Source: Obrimoposthia wandeli (taxonomy: Eukaryota). From it: a stretch of DNA of 64,000 nucleotides. The position numbers were made by a program, and so were the translations under genes. Positions 58,601-64,000 of this stretch are shown piece by piece (position 1 is the stretch's first letter; each line of letters begins with the position of its first letter). The stretch covers positions 1-64,000 of the forward strand of contig CDROCS010001660.1 of NCBI GenBank assembly GCA_977020255.1. The letters run 5' to 3'. The notes below the pieces were generated by a model. That model was not told the DNA's origin and searched no databases. It saw only the letters and a program-made list of their open reading frames with translations.

Positions 58601-61600
58601 AAAATAATTTATTATATTTATACGATTTCATTATCTTTTGTAAAAGCAGATAATTTTTCTCGGGTGCGTATACACACTTCTATTAACTAAGAGTTCTATT
58701 AACACAAATACATATAGTCGCAAGTTTTTGCAATTTACATGCTAATTTTGTGCAACACTTGACCATCTTTGTTACACACACACGTATGTATAATTTTCAC
58801 AGTACGTGACTAGCTTTGTTTCACATACACACATACCTGTATAGTTACATGTTTTTTGCAGCTTACATGCAAGTTTTCGCAGCACGTGACCGTTTTTGTT
58901 GCACACATGTAAAGTTGCAATATTTTGCAACTAACAAGCAGCACTTGACCGTTTTTATTACACAAATATATAGTCGCAGCACGTGACTACTATTGTGTTT
59001 AATTAAAAAAATTATCAAAATTTTATATATTACTTTATTGAAGGTTATCAAAACTTGAAAATAATACAATGCAAATGACCAGAGGGCCAACAATTGTAAA
59101 AGTTCTTTCATAAAAATTTAAATATTTTAAAACGTAAACATAAAAAAATGATGAATACATCAAAATTTTAAAAAATAAAAAAGTAAAGACCTTGAGTATT
59201 CGTAGGAGGAGGCCAGTCACGTAACAGTAAATTTTATTGTCACTAATATCCCACACGTCAAGGTTTTTATATCTTTTCTATTCCCATGTAGTTCCCGGGT
59301 TTTCATGTTGGGACTTTTGATTTAGATGAGATAATTTAAATGGGGTTTAGTTTATTTGATTTATTGCCCACTTAGGTTCCATCGGGAAACCCGTTAGTAG
59401 GTGTGTCTGCCTGTTAGTATTGCAAAGTTATATGTACTTCTTAGACTATAGGACTTTTTTACCCAAATGTGTGATCTTGATGGACAGTACATTTTTCAAT
59501 TGGAAATAATTTATGCTTTAAAATGATGTTTGTTCATTTATGTGGACTTTTAGATGTCTAGAAATTCTTATTTACAGTTTAATTATTTAACGTTTTAATT
59601 AACAAAAATCACTTAATAAAACTTTCGAGCATACATGAAATAAATCAATATTTCATTACTAATTTATGTGTAGTTCAAATTTTGAGATAAGGTCTTACTT
59701 TAAAAAGTTTTTCATATAAATGTGAATTTTACATTAAAATTAATTAATATTTTAAAACTATTATTCTTTATTGTGGGTCACTACATAACATTTTAATAAG
59801 TATTTTGGTATTAACTTTATAACTTAAGCAATTGTTATTTATTTGCTTTATATTTTTGAGGATAGTTATTTAAATATTTGTTATTTTACTGTTCTTTTAA
59901 ATTTAACTCTAACACTATCTTTGTTTTACATACACACATAGGTAAAACAGTACATGACCATCTTCATTTAACATACACACATTCATATCGTTGTAAGTTT
60001 TCGCAACACATGACTACGTTTCTTACACACACATGTATTTAGTTGCAGATTTTAAATAATTTATTTATTTTTTAGTTTCCTAGCCTCAACACAAGTAGTT
60101 TTGAAACTTTTCAAATTTCATGCCAACTTTTTGAAAATTTAAACTAAATATTGGAAAAAAGTTGAAGGTTTTAGACTCTTGTAGGTCAACCCTCAAAGGT
60201 CCGATTAATTTGACATCAAGTGTATTAGGATTGTATTTGAATAGTAGAAAATCAAATTTATAGAAGGTTTTGGACCCTCAAAGGTAAACCTTCAAAGATC
60301 TAGCCAAGGTCAGGCCAAGCTTATCATATAAAACATTGAAAAGTAGAAAAATAAAAATTTTGCAGATTTTGATAGTTGAAGGACAGACACAAGTTTGAAT
60401 GATAAGCCTCGAAGTAAACCTTCAAAGAGTCCCATTTGAAGAACCTCCTTTGAAGAATTACCTAAAAAGAACCACCTTCAAAGCTCCATTGGCTATAGTA
60501 CATATTTACTTTAGTGACATTAAAATAACATGTCTATCCATGACAGCACAGTAGACGTTCGACGGTTGATGAGCCATCAACAGCCATAAAGAGTCATCGT
60601 TGACGTTATAGTTCGTTAAAATGAGTCATACTTTAAGAGGAACAAAGGCAGCTATCCGTATAACGTCTAGTCCTTGTGTCCAATGTAAACCCTTGCGTTG
60701 ACAAGATGTGCAAAAAACAGACGTACTTAGTACAATCTTGTGTCAAACGTCGAACGTCGCGTAATCAAAAGTAATTAATTAATCATTATAAATACAATTA
60801 ATGTTTGGATTTAGTCAGATTGATACGTTATCTAACTAATCAATCTAGTCTATGTACCTACCTCTATTTACATATGTACGGGTATGAAAACATATTTTAT
60901 GGTCAAACATTTGTTGTAAAAATCACAATTACTTGGCAAGAGTGTTTAGAGGGAGTTTAAAAGGGTGCTTTTGACAGATATTTTGTGCCAACTAAAGTGT
61001 TGCAAATATTTTAAAGCGTCAAACAAAATACTCTTCTTAAATAAAATGTATGGAATTCTGATTTTGTTGTTGGCCCATGAATTTATCGTACAAATTATTA
61101 AATTAGTTAATTTTAAATGGATAAATAATTTAAGATCCAGTGTTTGAAATATCGAGTAAATAAATCCAAATTTGTATTGAATAGTTAAAAAGGTTAACTG
61201 GAAAAGTCAACTTTACTTCTTATGCTGCAAATGAATAATAATCTCCTTAAAAGTACTTTTGTAAGTGACAAGAATATTAAAAGGTTTTAAAGTATTATAA
61301 AAATTCAAAGAATAATGGGACAATCATTCAAGTTTTAAAGATTTTTGATGTTTTCAATTTATGACAAAGCACACTCCCTATGATAGTCATCGGAACAAAT
61401 GCCGTGCGTGTTTAGTTTCTCACAATTATTCGTTCTATAGACCAAATACCCACAACATAAATTTGAAATGAGTTCCTGCATAACTGTGATTTATTAATAT
61501 CATATTTATTCAATTTTTCATTTTAATATTGAGGTATTAATTTATAGACCTAAAACGGCACAAAATGAATTCGATAATATTGGTTTGTATATTGTATTGG

Positions 61601-64000
61601 AATCTCGATGCTGATATAAATAATTCGGTGATTAGACGGAATATATCTCAAATGTTTTTGTTATTTTTTCGATGCTTTTGTCCTGTACTAATATATAATT
61701 TAACTTATATTATCATCTTATAATTATCTTATGAATGGTTTGTTTATTTTTTATGTTTTAAACCAATTTAACTGTAAAATTGTTTTTTTAAGAAATTATG
61801 CTCTAAAATTTGATGTATTTTTTATAAAAATAAACCCATAAGAGCTTTATATTAAAAATTATTATAATAAAATCAAATTTTAGAAAAAAATATACTTAAA
61901 TAGACCAATGAATTTGATAACCTTTAAATCTTTGATTTGTTTTACTAAGGTAAATAAATTATAAAAATGTCAAGTAAGTTTTGAAAGTTACTTTAATTTT
62001 CATTTTCAATTGAAAAATAAAAAAAGTTACTGACAATACTTCGAATTTTTTTCTATCCCTTTTAAATTTCAAAAATGTTATTCACCTAACATGGAAAATA
62101 TAATTTTTTAAAATTTCACAACGGTAAGTTGAGAACTGCGTGTATCACTAGATCTTAAATACATTCATGTTAATTGATACTATAAAATTCAAACACGAAA
62201 AGAATCCAAATATGATGGTATAGGCTTCTACCTCAACCGGTATAGTAAGTTGTAACCAATATTTAAGCAAATACGTGAAATCATGAAACAGCTAGTTTAT
62301 ATATTTAAGTCCAATTTGTTGGGCGTGGTTCATCCTCTTAATTTTCATCGGGCCAACAAATGACGCCCAACATTGCAGGTTTATCGAGTTTACTTGGAAT
62401 ATTGAAATTTCAGATGCTCCAATCAATCTTCACAGTCCGGATTTTGGTTACTGTCTAATTGTGACAGAATAGAAGCAGTTAGTAGCAGTTATTTTTCGAA
62501 ATCCAATTCACATAAAATTCGTCTATTGTTTCAATGGAGACTGAAACACCAACTGACTCATTCCGTCCAATTTGTGCCGATAAATATGTCTCATCATCCG
62601 GAAAATTTCTGTCGGATTCGTGTTTCCCGCACAAGCATAGCCCGACAATTCGCATGGACATAGGTAAAAATCCATTTTCCCCCTGTAAAATAGAAAAGAA
62701 AGACAAAATACAATTCTAGAAAAAAAAATCAGTAAAATTTAAATTGTCAAACATACTAAAATTCAAGAAAAACTTCTATTTCATTTTATTAAAATACCTC
62801 AAAAAATTTCAGACAAGCATTTTTTCGGTAAATGGGGGGAAACTACGCACTAATGTTTATGTATTCTAATTTACAGCTTTAGCCTTTTTCGTATTGAGCA
62901 ACTTTTATAATTTAAATTTAATTAACTTTTCAGCAATTTTACCTTATGTTTATTTAATTTTTTTCTCGTCCAAAAAGTTTTTGTCTGAGTAATTTATATT
63001 TGTTTTAACATAATTAAAGATGAATGATATGTTTCTTATTTTTCTATGAAATGTCTTGATTTTACGCATCAAATAAACAAGGATTCCACAAGTATATGTC
63101 AAGTAATGATTTGATCTCGTAAATTCACATAAAAACTGAAACTATTTTTTAAGAAAAACAAAATTTATAAATAATGGCACAATAACAAATTTAGAAAACT
63201 ATAGGGAAATTTTCCCAAATTTCATTTTAGTTATTTTACGCAAATAAAAGAGAAATTTAGACAATTTATGAATGGTTTTTAAATGATGCTCTAAAATTTT
63301 TACATGGAATCTCTTTCTGATATGCAAACGGGCGTTTCCATTTTCTGAGCGACGCTATTCATTAAAATAATTGTTTATAAAGCCATTTAAACTGTCTAAG
63401 ACCATAGGGAATTAAAATTATTTTATTCTTTGAACATTTTTTTTCACCACTGCCGATTTTATCAAATATTTTACATGAAACGGTGAAGCCACTTCCTTAA
63501 AAACTATTTAATTTCCAATTTGTATTTTACAAATTACAGGGAATCGTCAGATGCAAGAAACTACACGTTGATAAGTAGGCTACAAAATCATTCATACATA
63601 TTTATATAAAACTTATTTGAATGCTCATTTTACTACTTTTACATTTTCTCTGTGTAACACTACCCATAGAGTTACACGCATCCCACCGTGTTTTACCTCT
63701 ACAGTTATATTTATATTAACATTTTAAAGCGTACAAGGACTTTTGTACGGATTCAAACAAGTTTAGCCAAAGTTATTTCTAAAGAAAGTGAAGTGTAGAA
63801 ATTGAAATTTATAAACCTTTTTCCAGCAAGTGACATAATTACGCAAACATATTTTTGCATTGATATAATACTACTTTTATACTCTATGCTTATGATATCG
63901 TCAATTTAAAAATAGATTCAATTGTGTGAAAATTACCGTAATCAACTTTCAACTACTTCCCAATCAATGCAACACACTGCAGATAGAAAGCCAAACGTGG

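Noticed and set aside
62150-63720. Possible exons of a host gene (e.g. ORF 62479-62706)
   Set aside because: No recognisable domain and no consistent splice chain could be built by eye.

Overview
AT-rich eukaryotic (probably animal) genomic DNA with very short (38-75 nt) GT-AG introns, dominated by nested mobile DNA. 2.3-25.4 kb is a Polinton/Maverick (adintovirus-like) locus. It holds a rearranged but nearly complete element (about 6.4-25.4 kb) with a chromodomain integrase, penton, packaging ATPase, core proteins, major capsid protein, adenain protease, spliced protein-primed PolB, an unexpected intron-containing TBP-like gene and a pair of unknown paralogues. An older decayed left arm of a related element lies at 2.3-6.25 kb. 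Several Polinton genes carry frame-preserving spliceosomal introns, and many have a TATA box about 30-45 nt before the ATG. The element looks dead: an 848-bp hAT splits the ATPase Walker A motif (identical twin at 27.9-28.8 kb), an RLE-type non-LTR retrotransposon with an odd bipartite 3' structure splits PolB, and MCP and TBP have in-frame stops. 30.1-44.5 kb is a tandem array of about 16 x 913 bp built from the 3' end of a Gypsy element (pol remnant + PPT + U3). It is followed by an eEF2 pseudogene fragment, a decayed BEL/Pao element, a 3'-truncated Gypsy element with an elongator-tRNA-Met-type PBS, and one intact host gene (CHCHD2/10 family). No rRNA, tRNA or CRISPR array was seen. All family calls come from motif recognition by eye; no database searches were run.
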